From positions 32,001 through 96,000 of IMG/VR virus record IMGVR_UViG_3300042868_009121: DNA of 64,000 bases; one strand, written 5' to 3'. Positions within the stretch are counted from its first letter, which is position 1. Each line of letters begins with the position of its first letter. The position numbers and the translations under genes were made by a program. This document shows positions 36,968 to 49,600 of this stretch, piece after piece. Below the pieces are notes generated by a model. The model was not told the origin of the DNA and searched no databases. It worked only from the letters and a program-made list of their open reading frames with translations. The DNA comes from a virus.

Positions 36968-37162
36968 TTATTGTTGGTTTTCGTCTTTCTTTTTATAAGG
37001 AAACAATTCATTTAGCTTTTCTCTGCGTCTATTACATCCGCAGTCTTCTTCACCCATAGCATTAGCAACTTTTTCTGCTAATACATCTAGTTTAAGAGCG
37101 TGAGTAACTTTAGCAATAGTATCTCCTAAGCCTTTCGATTCTTCATTTGTCTTGTTTTCCAT
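36968..37162 (-). CDS. Hypothetical protein
   Basis: GLGDTIAK...CGCNRRREKLN, a common phage small-protein pattern. Confidence 0.7.
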   Translation of the reverse strand: MENKTNEESKGLGDTIAKVTHALKLDVLAEKVANAMGEEDCGCNRRREKLNELFPYKKKDENQQ

Positions 37163-37346
37163 CTAGATCTTTTTTTATTTTATCTAACATGCCTCCAGCA
37201 GACATAGCTAATATACCAATTTGTGACCAAACGTCTTCTAATTCTCTTTTTAGTTTAGCCATTTTTCTCCACTGAATTACTTGAATAAGCATTAAAATTA
37301 AAGTAACAGTTAAATATAAGTATTCTGAAGTTATCGTAACCGTCAT
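37143..37346 (-). CDS. Small membrane protein
   Basis: TM followed by a coiled coil. Confidence 0.6.
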   Translation of the reverse strand: MTVTITSEYLYLTVTLILMLIQVIQWRKMAKLKRELEDVWSQIGILAMSAGGMLDKIKKDLDGKQDK

Positions 37347-37348
37347 AT

Positions 37349-39392
<2,044 letters not shown>

Positions 39393-39505
39393 TTTAGTTT
39401 TTGTTTTATATAAGTTTAAAAAATAGTTTAGCCTCTAGAAGGTATCTTTTCCTTCTAGTCTAGTCATAACCTAATTAATTTAAGATCTGTTGTGTTTTGA
39501 ACTAA

Positions 39506-39727
39506 TTACTTAGCTCCTGGAAGTACTGAATTGCCTGATGTATTTTGCGTAGGCGTTGGCTTAGTCTTCTGAATCTTATTGATCGTATTAGTATTCAATT
39601 TGCTAGCTTGGTTAGGGTTAACCGAGTTAAGCTGTGCAATTTGGTCATTATACTTAATAGGAGACGCTGTAGGTCTGAAATTATCTCCTTTAATTGCTTT
39701 TCTAAATAAATCGATCAAAAAATTCAT
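39506..39727 (-). CDS. Hypothetical protein
   Basis: ORF with an ATATTTAT box upstream. Confidence 0.55.
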   Translation of the reverse strand: MNFLIDLFRKAIKGDNFRPTASPIKYNDQIAQLNSVNPNQASKLNTNTINKIQKTKPTPTQNTSGNSVLPGAK

Positions 39728-39770
39728 AGTAGTCTATTTTCTTTAATAAATATAACCTTTTTGGGTTAAT

Positions 39771-41156
39771 TTATAATCCTAGCTCAAAAAATTTACCTGC
39801 TAAATAAGCCTTCTCATCTTTATCTAAACCTGAGTTAAAAGATTTGTTAGATCCTGATGTTGGAGTAGATGTTTCGAATGTTAATTCATCATCATCCATA
39901 CTATCTGGGTTAATCTCTATGTACCCATTATTAGTACTTATCTTGGCTGCATAAGTCATGCCGTCCATACCATATCGATTCTTCATAATATGAATACGAC
40001 CTGTTCCATTTACCTTATCCTGTCTTTTTCTGGATAGAGACATTGCAAAGTCTGCAATCATCATTTTATTGTAGGATCCTGCTGCCTTGTCTCCTTCAAT
40101 TACATCGTCTTTAGCACCAGCACGATTAACCTGTGATACTGTCCAGATAGGTACTTTAAGTTCTCTTGCCATACCTTTTGTAGCAGTATATACATCATCA
40201 ATTGCATCTTTAGGATCTATTGACTTAGTTTTACTTTTTAGTAAGTCAACATAGTCAATAATAACTAAATCAGGAGGATATCCTAAATCTCTACACTTTT
40301 GAATATGTGATTCAATTGTATGTGTAGTAGCTTTTCCCATAGGGAATTCTTTAATGATAAGCTTACCTTTAATTTTGCTAACAGTATCTTCAATAGTTTG
40401 TCTATTTTTTTGTACGCTTTGTACATCAATACCTGTAAACAGTGCGTCATAACGTTTACCTACATAGTACTCAGATAATTCTAATGTATAGTGACAAACA
40501 GTATATCCTCTTTTTACTGCTTCAGCTCCTATATTAACAAGCATCCATGACTTACCTCCACCAGGATTACCAAATATAATACCTAGATCGCCTACACCTA
40601 AACCTCCCATTAGCAACTCATTAATGTGTGGCCAGAATGTTGGCATTGGAGCTCTTTCTTCTTCACGATATCTTGTTTCAATATCTTTTTCGTATTCGTG
40701 TCCTATAGACTTCTCTTGTCCTGCTTTTAAAGCTTGATCTATCATGTACTTGATATCATCGTATTGACCTTTTTCAAGTAAAGATACTGAACTTAAAATA
40801 GCTTTTTTGATTTGTTGATTTTTACAGAAACTACTAAACTCTTGCTCTACATAATCTCTATCTTCATTAGAGCTCTTTAATGCTTCTTTTAATTGCTCTA
40901 CTACACTAATCTTTAATACTTCATTTTCTATCTTTCTTACTTCAACTTGTAAAGCATCAGTTGATGGCGTTGTATTATACTTGTAGTAGTATCTTAATAT
41001 CTCACCGACAATCCATTTGTGTGCTGGGTTATCAAACATTTCTGTATCAAGTATATCATGTATGTTTTGTAGAAACTCTTTATGTTTTAATAAACTTGAT
41101 AATACCTTGATTTGAAAACTAATACCGTACTGCTGTAACTGATTTAATGACGACAT
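39771..41156 (-). CDS. Replicative DnaB-like helicase (T4 gp41-like)
   Basis: GNPGGGKS Walker A, TLELSE, IIDYVDLL, SQVNR, MKNRYG. Confidence 0.92.
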   Translation of the reverse strand: MSSLNQLQQYGISFQIKVLSSLLKHKEFLQNIHDILDTEMFDNPAHKWIVGEILRYYYKYNTTPSTDALQVEVRKIENEVLKISVVEQLKEALKSSNEDRDYVEQEFSSFCKNQQIKKAILSSVSLLEKGQYDDIKYMIDQALKAGQEKSIGHEYEKDIETRYREEERAPMPTFWPHINELLMGGLGVGDLGIIFGNPGGGKSWMLVNIGAEAVKRGYTVCHYTLELSEYYVGKRYDALFTGIDVQSVQKNRQTIEDTVSKIKGKLIIKEFPMGKATTHTIESHIQKCRDLGYPPDLVIIDYVDLLKSKTKSIDPKDAIDDVYTATKGMARELKVPIWTVSQVNRAGAKDDVIEGDKAAGSYNKMMIADFAMSLSRKRQDKVNGTGRIHIMKNRYGMDGMTYAAKISTNNGYIEINPDSMDDDELTFETSTPTSGSNKSFNSGLDKDEKAYLAGKFFELGL

Positions 41157-41159
41157 AAC

Positions 41160-42170
41160 TTATTTATATTTTTGTAGATCGTGAAAATGATTAAATAACC
41201 ATGATTGAACATTAGGTATCGAATTCCCTAATTGATCTTCATGATACAAATTTAAGAATTCCTGTGAATCATATATCTTTTTTGGATCTAGTAAAACACT
41301 ATTTATTTCTTCTATTGCTTCTTCAGGAATATTAGGATCTTTTAAGTCCATCAACTTTTTATTTATTCTAAGTTGAAATTCATAGTTCTTAATAGATTCT
41401 AGTATTTTATGCTTACCTTCACATTTTTGTAATACATCATCTAGAGTGATTTGTTTATCTGATCCTAGTTCAGGAAAATGTTTTAACATTGTCTTAGATC
41501 CCAAACCTTTTACCCCAGGAACATTATCTCCTGAGTCACCTAATAGTATTTTTTGTGTTAAAAAGTTTTTAGGTGTTACTCCAAATTCTGTTAAAACAAG
41601 ATCTTCATCATAGAATCTTTTTTTTGTAGGAGAATAGATTGTTATTTTATCTGATACTAACTGTAGATAGTCTTTATCACTAGACATAATAGTTACTTCA
41701 CCATCTAATTTACCTGTTATATATCCTATTACATCATCTGCTTCAATTTTATCGATAGATATAAGATCAACAGGAAGTGTTTTTAAATAGTATATTAGTC
41801 TAACAATCTGATGTGTGATAGCTTCTGATTCGTCTTGTTGTGAATCAAATGAATCCCAATTAGTAACTCTATTAAGACCTCTATTTGCTTTATATTCTGG
41901 GTAGATATATCTTTTATTAGTAGATGATCCTTGTCCATCAAACACGACAATCACTCTAGTCGGTCTAACCAATTTAATTACATACCCTAAAGAACGTAAA
42001 AAACCGGTTAAACCTCCTATATGAGATAGATCTTTATTAACCCAACCAATTGCAGTAAATGCTCTTAGAAAAGTATTTAATCCATCAATAAGTAGAACTC
42101 TACTATTGAGTGATGCTTCGGCTTTCTCTGATTTAAGAGAGTCGAATATTTTTTGATATTCTTTATTCAT
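41160..42170 (-). CDS. 5'-3' exonuclease / RNase H (FEN family)
   Basis: LIDGLN, VFDG, YKANR, EADDVI, SSDKDYLQL, GDSGDNVPGVKGLG.KT. Confidence 0.93.
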   Translation of the reverse strand: MNKEYQKIFDSLKSEKAEASLNSRVLLIDGLNTFLRAFTAIGWVNKDLSHIGGLTGFLRSLGYVIKLVRPTRVIVVFDGQGSSTNKRYIYPEYKANRGLNRVTNWDSFDSQQDESEAITHQIVRLIYYLKTLPVDLISIDKIEADDVIGYITGKLDGEVTIMSSDKDYLQLVSDKITIYSPTKKRFYDEDLVLTEFGVTPKNFLTQKILLGDSGDNVPGVKGLGSKTMLKHFPELGSDKQITLDDVLQKCEGKHKILESIKNYEFQLRINKKLMDLKDPNIPEEAIEEINSVLLDPKKIYDSQEFLNLYHEDQLGNSIPNVQSWLFNHFHDLQKYK

Positions 42171-43231
42171 TAATCTTCTGTATCAAAAATGTCAGGAGAT
42201 AGCGCTGTTTCTTCTTCTACAACATCAAATGTACTTGATCCAAGAACTTTTGTCCATTGATCAGAATACTTTTTCTTGTATTCATCAAGCTCCTTTTTAT
42301 CATCTTTGATAAATCCGTGAACTGTCATGATAACTTTGTTAACTGCGGTTACTCCAGTAACGTGGTTTTTATCACAGCTAATTCTAGTTCTCTTAGCAAA
42401 TTCTACTTCCTTACCATTCTTTGTAGCTTTAATTTTATTTGTACCAGCTCTAGCAATGTTACCAAATGTAACTACTAGTGATGAGTCAAAATACATTGTG
42501 TTACCACCTTTGTTATTAAGCGTAGGTTGTCCCATTGGGGAATCAGGTTTTGCTACCCAAACTTTATTAATTGCTACAAGTGTATTAGTATATGGTTGCG
42601 ATGCCTTACGAGACAATACAATTCTTTGATTAATAAAATTACCAAATTGTTGAGACATTGCTCCTGCATTCCACTCATTATTGTTTGTTGATTTTTCAAC
42701 ACTCATTCTACAAGGAATAGATCCTACAGAATCCCAAAAGAAACAAATGTCATGAGGTAAAGTTCCTCTTTTTTGCTCATCAAGAATATCTGCAATAAAT
42801 GCTGATACATCTTCGATAGACTCTAGCTTCTCTCGATCAATATATAAGAAGAAACCTTTATAATCAATAACTTCACCAGTATTTGGATCTGCTACTTCTT
42901 CATATTCAAATCCCATTTCTTTAGCATGACTCCAATCCCACTTCATTTCTGTAATAATGAATACAGGAAGGATACCCATTTTTTGTGCACTAACAGCTGC
43001 TTCAAGAAGTGCAGTAGTTTTACCTGTATCTGAGTGTCCTCTTAAAAGAGTAATATGACCAACTGGAATACCTGGAATTTGTAGTGTTTCTTGAAATGCT
43101 TGAGAAAGTGGAATCCATCTTTGCTCTTTAAATACTACGCTAGTTGAAAGGTTTTTGCCTTTCTTAAATTTTTCTAAACTTGAAATGTCTTTGATTGCGC
43201 TAGACACAGCGCCTGTAACTGATTTTGCCAT
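42170..43231 (-). CDS. RecA/UvsX-like recombinase
   Basis: GHSDTGKT Walker A, FWDSVGS Walker B. Confidence 0.85.
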   Translation of the reverse strand: MAKSVTGAVSSAIKDISSLEKFKKGKNLSTSVVFKEQRWIPLSQAFQETLQIPGIPVGHITLLRGHSDTGKTTALLEAAVSAQKMGILPVFIITEMKWDWSHAKEMGFEYEEVADPNTGEVIDYKGFFLYIDREKLESIEDVSAFIADILDEQKRGTLPHDICFFWDSVGSIPCRMSVEKSTNNNEWNAGAMSQQFGNFINQRIVLSRKASQPYTNTLVAINKVWVAKPDSPMGQPTLNNKGGNTMYFDSSLVVTFGNIARAGTNKIKATKNGKEVEFAKRTRISCDKNHVTGVTAVNKVIMTVHGFIKDDKKELDEYKKKYSDQWTKVLGSSTFDVVEEETALSPDIFDTED

Positions 43232-43246
43232 ACAAAACTTTTAGTT

Positions 43247-43270
43247 AAAAAACCCCAACCGAAGTTGGGG
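43247..43270 (-). terminator. Intrinsic terminator
   Basis: CCCCAAC-TTCG-GTTGGGG-TTTTTT. Confidence 0.88.
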
Positions 43271-43276
43271 ATTTGA

Positions 43277-44083
43277 TTAGATATCGAAAAGATCATCAAT
43301 TGCCGAATCTACACTTGGCTTAGTAGTATTTAATGTATACTGACCTTGCGCTGGCTTTTCCCATGGAAGATCACCTTGCGGTTTAGCTTCTACGGCATCA
43401 GCTTGTTCTTTCAATTCTTCTTCTGGATTAAGATGTTTAAGAAGTGCTTCTTTCATCTCATCATAAGAATATCTTTTGAACTGACCTAAAGGATCTGGTT
43501 GTGTTTCAAGCCAAAGCTTTACTTTATCTGCATCTTCAGAAAGTGGAGTTGATTTTGTTCTAACCCTAACAGTAGATGTATTATACATCAAGCCTGTTGT
43601 TTCTTTACCAGCAGTTTCAACTGTAATGTCACGACCAGTAATTGGATCAGAATAATCTCCTACATCCTCATCTTCTGCAATAGAAAGCAAATCCATGTAG
43701 ACTTGTTTACCAAATTCCCAAAGACGAACACCTTTGTCTTCTTCACCACGAACAATCACAGGAGCAAATACACGCATTTTTGGTTCAAGCTTTTTAGCTA
43801 GTTGCCAATTGTCACGTTCACTTGACTTGCGAAGTCCTTGAGCAAATTCAACGATAGGATCTTTTTCATTAAAGTTAGACAAACTGATCATGGTACGATT
43901 GTTAATACCATAATGCATGTAGACTTCTTTAAATGGATTTTGTTTATTAAACACAGAAGGTACGATACGTACTGAGTGTTTACCCACGGCAGGCCTCCAA
44001 ATAGTTTGGCTTAGGTCCTTCTTTTGTCCTCCACGTGGATTTTGTAGAGCCGACAATCTTGATTTGATAACTGATATATCCAT
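43277..44083 (-). CDS. Single-stranded DNA-binding protein (T4 gp32-like)
   Basis: W.P..G...VRIVP, PF.E...HY, DPI.E, GV.LWEFGK, DP..GRDI, acidic tail DDLFDI. Confidence 0.85.
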   Translation of the reverse strand: MDISVIKSRLSALQNPRGGQKKDLSQTIWRPAVGKHSVRIVPSVFNKQNPFKEVYMHYGINNRTMISLSNFNEKDPIVEFAQGLRKSSERDNWQLAKKLEPKMRVFAPVIVRGEEDKGVRLWEFGKQVYMDLLSIAEDEDVGDYSDPITGRDITVETAGKETTGLMYNTSTVRVRTKSTPLSEDADKVKLWLETQPDPLGQFKRYSYDEMKEALLKHLNPEEELKEQADAVEAKPQGDLPWEKPAQGQYTLNTTKPSVDSAIDDLFDI

Positions 44084-44145
44084 AATATAACTAATTTCGA
44101 TAAATGTAAGACAAAAAGGCTAGATAGAAAAATTAATCTTTCTAG

Positions 44146-44574
44146 TTAAATAGCAACTATCTTATGGATAGTGGTATTAAGCCTTTTCAGATCTTCTCCT
44201 TGAGTTAACAAGATTGAGTTCTTGTAGTCAGGCCAGTTAATAGGAAAAGTAGAATCTAGAACTCCATTATTTAAAGTCTTAATCAAAGTGTTTAAGGCGT
44301 TTATAGTATATAAAGTATTAGATTCTTTCTTTCTATGAAGTAGAATTGTATTAGGTAAAATTCTAGTTTGCCCTCCTTCTATCTCAATATTATATGTACA
44401 CATATATTCTTCTGAGTCTGGGGAAGCCAAAACAAAAATTTTTTTATATAGGATTGTGTACTCTCTATTTATATCTCTTAAAGTGTCTTCTACAGACTCT
44501 TTTGGAGAGAAAGTACAAAAAAGTTTATTCATAATTGATTCCGATGTTATTTCCAAAAATTCCTCATTTCTCAT
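44146..44574 (-). CDS. Conserved phage hypothetical protein
   Basis: NKLFCTF...NTILLHRKKESNTLYTINALN. Confidence 0.7.
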   Translation of the reverse strand: MRNEEFLEITSESIMNKLFCTFSPKESVEDTLRDINREYTILYKKIFVLASPDSEEYMCTYNIEIEGGQTRILPNTILLHRKKESNTLYTINALNTLIKTLNNGVLDSTFPINWPDYKNSILLTQGEDLKRLNTTIHKIVAI

Positions 44575-44610
44575 AACCTTAATTTACTGTTAATAAATAT
44601 TGATAATATA

Positions 44611-45906
44611 TTAGAAAGCATAGTTTACTCCGTACTTATGTTTGACTACCATGTCATTACCTTCTAGGATCTGTTTAATCTTTTTTAATAGTGTTTTACC
44701 ATCTTCTTGACAAAAGTCAAATAAGAAAGAATCATAGGTAATTAAGATCAATTTTGTCTTCTTTTTACTAAGAAGCTTATTTACCTCTAAGATCTTGTAT
44801 ATATTTTCTTTTGTCTCTAGATTCTGGACAATATAGTTAAATAATTTTAATTTGTTCATTCCTGGTAGCTTCTTTAATATTCTACCGGTAGGCAAAATTA
44901 AAGCTTTATGAGCATTATATTTCTTCCACTCCTGTTCTATGAATTGATCTAATGCCTTAAAGAATTCTATATGTTGGTATTGTTGTTCTATACCACCATA
45001 AAGCTGTTTGAATGTAATAGCCTTTGATTCTTTATACTGTTCATCTGTAAGCTCGGTGGTATTGAAATACGCGCGTCCCAGATAGTTATGCATAGACTCT
45101 TTAGGGGGCTCGAATCCTATAAGGCCAGATATTAATCTTAAATGGTATGCATCAAAGTCAAACTCTACCAAATAGTCATTTTTAGGTACAAAACACTCTC
45201 TGAAGTCTTTATCTTTAGGTATAGCTAGAAAATTAACACTGTTGAATGAGTTAGTAGGTCTAGCTGTTAAATTATAAAGATTATAGTAAGAATAAATTGT
45301 ATCTCCTAAAAGAGAATATTCTTTATGCTGGAATTGATACTTTTTATTTAGGCAGCTAAGATCAACTTTTATTCCTGCTTGTTCAACTGTTTTATATGCA
45401 TCTACTAATTTGTCTTGAAGTTCTATATCCATCTCAAGTTCAAAATAGTCTTTTACCATTTGGTATAAACATTCGCATTTCTCATAGTGCTTAGAAATAG
45501 GAATGATTTCGTTTATAGTAGGTAAAATAGGATGCTTGATATAAAAGTCTCTATGGACTGGTGTGTTACACTCAAAAGAACTATATTCATTATTTTTATC
45601 TAAACAGATAAATTGTATATCAATAGAATTAGGTAGATCTAAAAAATAAGATTGCATTTTTTTATCAAGAAGATAAATCTTATTATGTTTTTGTAAGAAC
45701 TCTTGAACTAATTTAAGATCTAAACTAAATCCTTCACAGTGATTAATTACAAAGACATATCCTTTACTAGAATTATTGTAATAAATTAAACTTACTCTAG
45801 CTAATTTTGGATGGTAATAATCATTTGAAGTAACTACTTGAATAAATGCCTGATCAGACATTTCTAGACGGCTCAACTGTTCTTTATCTTCAATAATGAA
45901 ATACAT
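44611..45906 (-). CDS. Second, short family-A-polymerase-like protein
   Basis: TARP.N, EFDFDAYHLRLI (motif A), SKAITFKQLYG (motif B), NY.VQ..ET, TYDSFLFD (motif C); degenerate exonuclease region. Confidence 0.75.
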   Translation of the reverse strand: MYFIIEDKEQLSRLEMSDQAFIQVVTSNDYYHPKLARVSLIYYNNSSKGYVFVINHCEGFSLDLKLVQEFLQKHNKIYLLDKKMQSYFLDLPNSIDIQFICLDKNNEYSSFECNTPVHRDFYIKHPILPTINEIIPISKHYEKCECLYQMVKDYFELEMDIELQDKLVDAYKTVEQAGIKVDLSCLNKKYQFQHKEYSLLGDTIYSYYNLYNLTARPTNSFNSVNFLAIPKDKDFRECFVPKNDYLVEFDFDAYHLRLISGLIGFEPPKESMHNYLGRAYFNTTELTDEQYKESKAITFKQLYGGIEQQYQHIEFFKALDQFIEQEWKKYNAHKALILPTGRILKKLPGMNKLKLFNYIVQNLETKENIYKILEVNKLLSKKKTKLILITYDSFLFDFCQEDGKTLLKKIKQILEGNDMVVKHKYGVNYAF

Positions 45907-45960
45907 AACCTATTATTAACTACTAATATACAAAAATTATTTGTATATAAAATAATCTAT

Positions 45961-46590
45961 TTACATAGTAGGTCGTGCAAATTTTGTATAATCGCCACCA
46001 ATAAATTCTACTATTCCTAAAAAGTTTTTATTTGCTGCTTCAGTAAGTCTTTTATTTGTTTCAATAATACCTGGTATTATATTATATTGTGACTTTCGTG
46101 TATTATTTAAAGGCCCTGTTAATTTCCAAAGTATAGTAGTTACTTGATATAATCTAATGTCATAATCAGTATCTCCATTTACTATATTATTATATTCTTC
46201 TCTAGATATTTCAATTATGTATCCTTTTTCATTTTCTTTTTTTGTAAAATATCTAGTAATATAACCTCTAATATAATCCTCTTCTAAAGGAGCAGGAAAA
46301 AAAGATAGTGGCTGGCCTTGAGCTCTACTGAAAACTATATTTGTTTTTAATGCTAATTCTTGTTTAAGTTTAAAAGGTAGTAAAACATCATTAAATCCAG
46401 AAGCTCTTTCAATTGCAATTTGTCTAGTTAATTTTTCATTAGGACCTGTTTGAGGATCTGGTCCTGAATAAAACTCATTATCTATTGTTTGATAATATTT
46501 TCCTGCGTACGGTCTTCCATTTAAATAAAAATTTGCTCCATTTGTATTTAGATTAGGTATTATAGCATATGATGGATAATATCTTAACAT
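45961..46590 (-). CDS. Hypothetical protein, probably baseplate-associated
   Basis: Last gene of the tail operon. Confidence 0.6.
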   Translation of the reverse strand: MLRYYPSYAIIPNLNTNGANFYLNGRPYAGKYYQTIDNEFYSGPDPQTGPNEKLTRQIAIERASGFNDVLLPFKLKQELALKTNIVFSRAQGQPLSFFPAPLEEDYIRGYITRYFTKKENEKGYIIEISREEYNNIVNGDTDYDIRLYQVTTILWKLTGPLNNTRKSQYNIIPGIIETNKRLTEAANKNFLGIVEFIGGDYTKFARPTM

Positions 46591-46600
46591 AATATAAATT

Positions 46601-49600
46601 TTAAACTATCTGAACTCCTACTAGTTTAGCAATTTTTATACCGCCGTCTCTTATTAATTCAAAAGAATTTTGATCTGTATTAGGATATATAATTCTAGTA
46701 TTTAATCTTAAATTAATAAATAATTTAAGTAATTCATCAGTATTTCTTTGTCCTTGATTAAAAGCATTTGTTATTTGGTTTGAAAATCTTTCAAAGTATC
46801 CAGAACCATTCCATGATGCATAAATAAAATTAAAATACAACCTTCCGTCAGTTTTTATTAAATCTTGTAACTCTTTATTTGGTACGTATGAATTAAATAA
46901 ACCCTCAAAATGAGGTTTCATAACTTGTACAGCTGCATTTAAAATTTGTGTTTTTAAAGGATCTTGAGGAATAAAATTATGTTTCCAAGTACGTGCTGCA
47001 TTAGCATCATCTATTAATTTCCAAAAAGCTATTCCAGCAGGAGTTGTATTTATTCTTCCGCCTGCTACTCTATCTATACCAAACATAGTTTCTCCTGATT
47101 TTCCCATTCTAGATCTGTATTTTTCGTCAAGCCTTCCATCTGTAAACATTATTGGATTATAATAACCCCCTTCTAAATTTGCAATTACTTGTTTTGTAAC
47201 TTCTTCAAATGAATTTACGGTTTTAGTTACAGGACCTACCGTTATAACACCAGCCGTTAATCCAGAATCTATAAAAGTACCTCCTATAGTTCCACTACCT
47301 ATAGAGATATTAGAAGCATTAATTCCAAATTGACCTGATTTTGCTTCTATTTTTTGAACACTTCCACTAAATTCTCCTTTATTTTTTAAAAATATCATAT
47401 TAGCTCTAATAGAAGTATCCCATTGATTATTTTCTATTTTATGAGTTAATCCAACTGCAACAAATCCTACATTACGTACTCTATCTTTAGAAAAACCCTC
47501 TGTCTTTCTTGTTGTATATGTATAAGGCAATAATTTATCAGGTATACTAAACGCTTGACCCATATTAAAACCAGATATTCCATCTGTAGTAAGATTAACA
47601 GAAACAGGAATCATAAATGATGCTCTTGTTGCATAGTCATCATTTTTTAAAGTAGTCATTTTTTCTATATAATAGTTAGTTGCATGAGCTACAGTAGTTT
47701 GTGATGGATTAATTTTACTATAAAAATCAGATATTGTACTATTAAATTGAGCCGCAGAATTTTTTATTGCTTCATTATTTTTTTTGTCTAGATTACTACC
47801 TGTAGGCTCTAATTTATCTGTTATGTATCTATCAATAAAATTAGTATTTATAAAACCGAATGAGTCTCCATTAGTAGATAGCGTAGCTTTATTAGGTATT
47901 GTAGAATTTGCAGATATTGCAAGCATATTAGATAGCTTACTACTAATTTCTGATTTTATTTCTATAGATTTTGCTATAGAATATTTTCCTAATAAAGGAA
48001 GTTCTGTTGTATTATCTTTATTTTCTGGAAGTGCGGTTAATTGATCTTCATTTCCAAGAGTTGGTAGTATTTGATCATCAATTATTTGATATGTATTTGC
48101 TTGATCATTGTAAGAAAGTCTAAATGCATTAAAATTACCTAAAGATTTATTTACATCTGTAAGTACTTGTTCTAAAAATGTTTTTAAATAAACTGCATTA
48201 CTTCCATCTTTATGACTATATTGTTGAACTAATTGAACTAAATAATCTATATTCAATAATATATTCATTAATTTTCCTCTATAAACATTTCCAATTTCTT
48301 TAGTTGATTCTCCTGATATTGGTTGTTCATCAAATTTAAGTTTAGGCAATTTTCCACTTAAAAGGTCTTGAGTTTCAGGATTAAATAAAGTAACAGGCTC
48401 TTTTAAGTTTATAGATGCTCCATTATCAGAAAGTATATCTCTATCAAATAAAGCTTTGAAATCTTGAAAACTACCCTCAAAAGGAATTAAACAAGTCCAT
48501 GGATCAGTACTTAAATGTTTATTATTAGTAAGACAAAAATTTAATTCAGGATTAAAATCTATATAAATTAAAGGTGTTTGAAATTGAGAATCTTTTTTTG
48601 TATCATATATAGTACATGCATGATTTAAAATCATTAGTAATTGTCCTAATGTTATATATACTGGATGGTTGGCAACTGTTCCTTTTATTATCTCTTGATT
48701 AATTTGATAAGGAACTACATATGCTTTTAATAGTTCTTTAAAATTAACAGGTTCTAAATCGCTTAAAAACGCTTTATTACCCATTAAACTAGTAGCAAAT
48801 CCATACTTAGCATTTATTTTAAATCTAGTTATAGGATCCATTACTCCTACTTGTGTATATTCAGAATCTTTTATCTCTTCACTATTTACTAACTCATTAA
48901 TAAAAGTAGAAAATATACCAGAAGAAAATATTTGGTTTAAAAAAGGTTTTTTTGATTTAGTATTATTAACATCTATCACACTAACTTTATCTTTAGGATC
49001 CCATAAATCTAATACATGAGTAGTCTTACCTATATCTAAATCAGGTGCACCAGTTTTATTTATGGCTTTATTTAAAGCATGAACTTGAATAGTTCTTAAT
49101 ATTATTTCTAATGAAGATTGATAGTTAAGAGATTGCTTTATTTGTGTAGCTATAGCATTTATATCAGGTTTAGGAATTTGAGATTGGGCACCAGGACTTG
49201 GTGTTGGTGTTTGTGTTGGTGTTTGTACTTGATTTTGTAAATTTAATTTTTTTAAATATTCTTCTCTTTCAACTAAGTTATTTTGTTCAGTTGTAGATAT
49301 ATCTTTTATTATTGCTGTATCATTTGTTGAAATTTTAAATGTACCTTTTACAACTTTAGCAATTTTATTTGTTTGTGGTGTTGAAGCAGGGACATCTCCA
49401 CCTGATAATGCACTTTCAACTTCATTTTGGTTATCTTTAACTTCTGTTCTGTAGCCGGTAATTTCATATTCACCTCTAAAATCTACTCTAAGTCCGTCAT
49501 TTTGTCCTTCATAAACAGATATTTTTAATTCTTTACTTAATGCAGTTCTAATAGCGGGAAGTATATAATCTTTAACTAAATCAAAACCTGCAGGCGTTTT

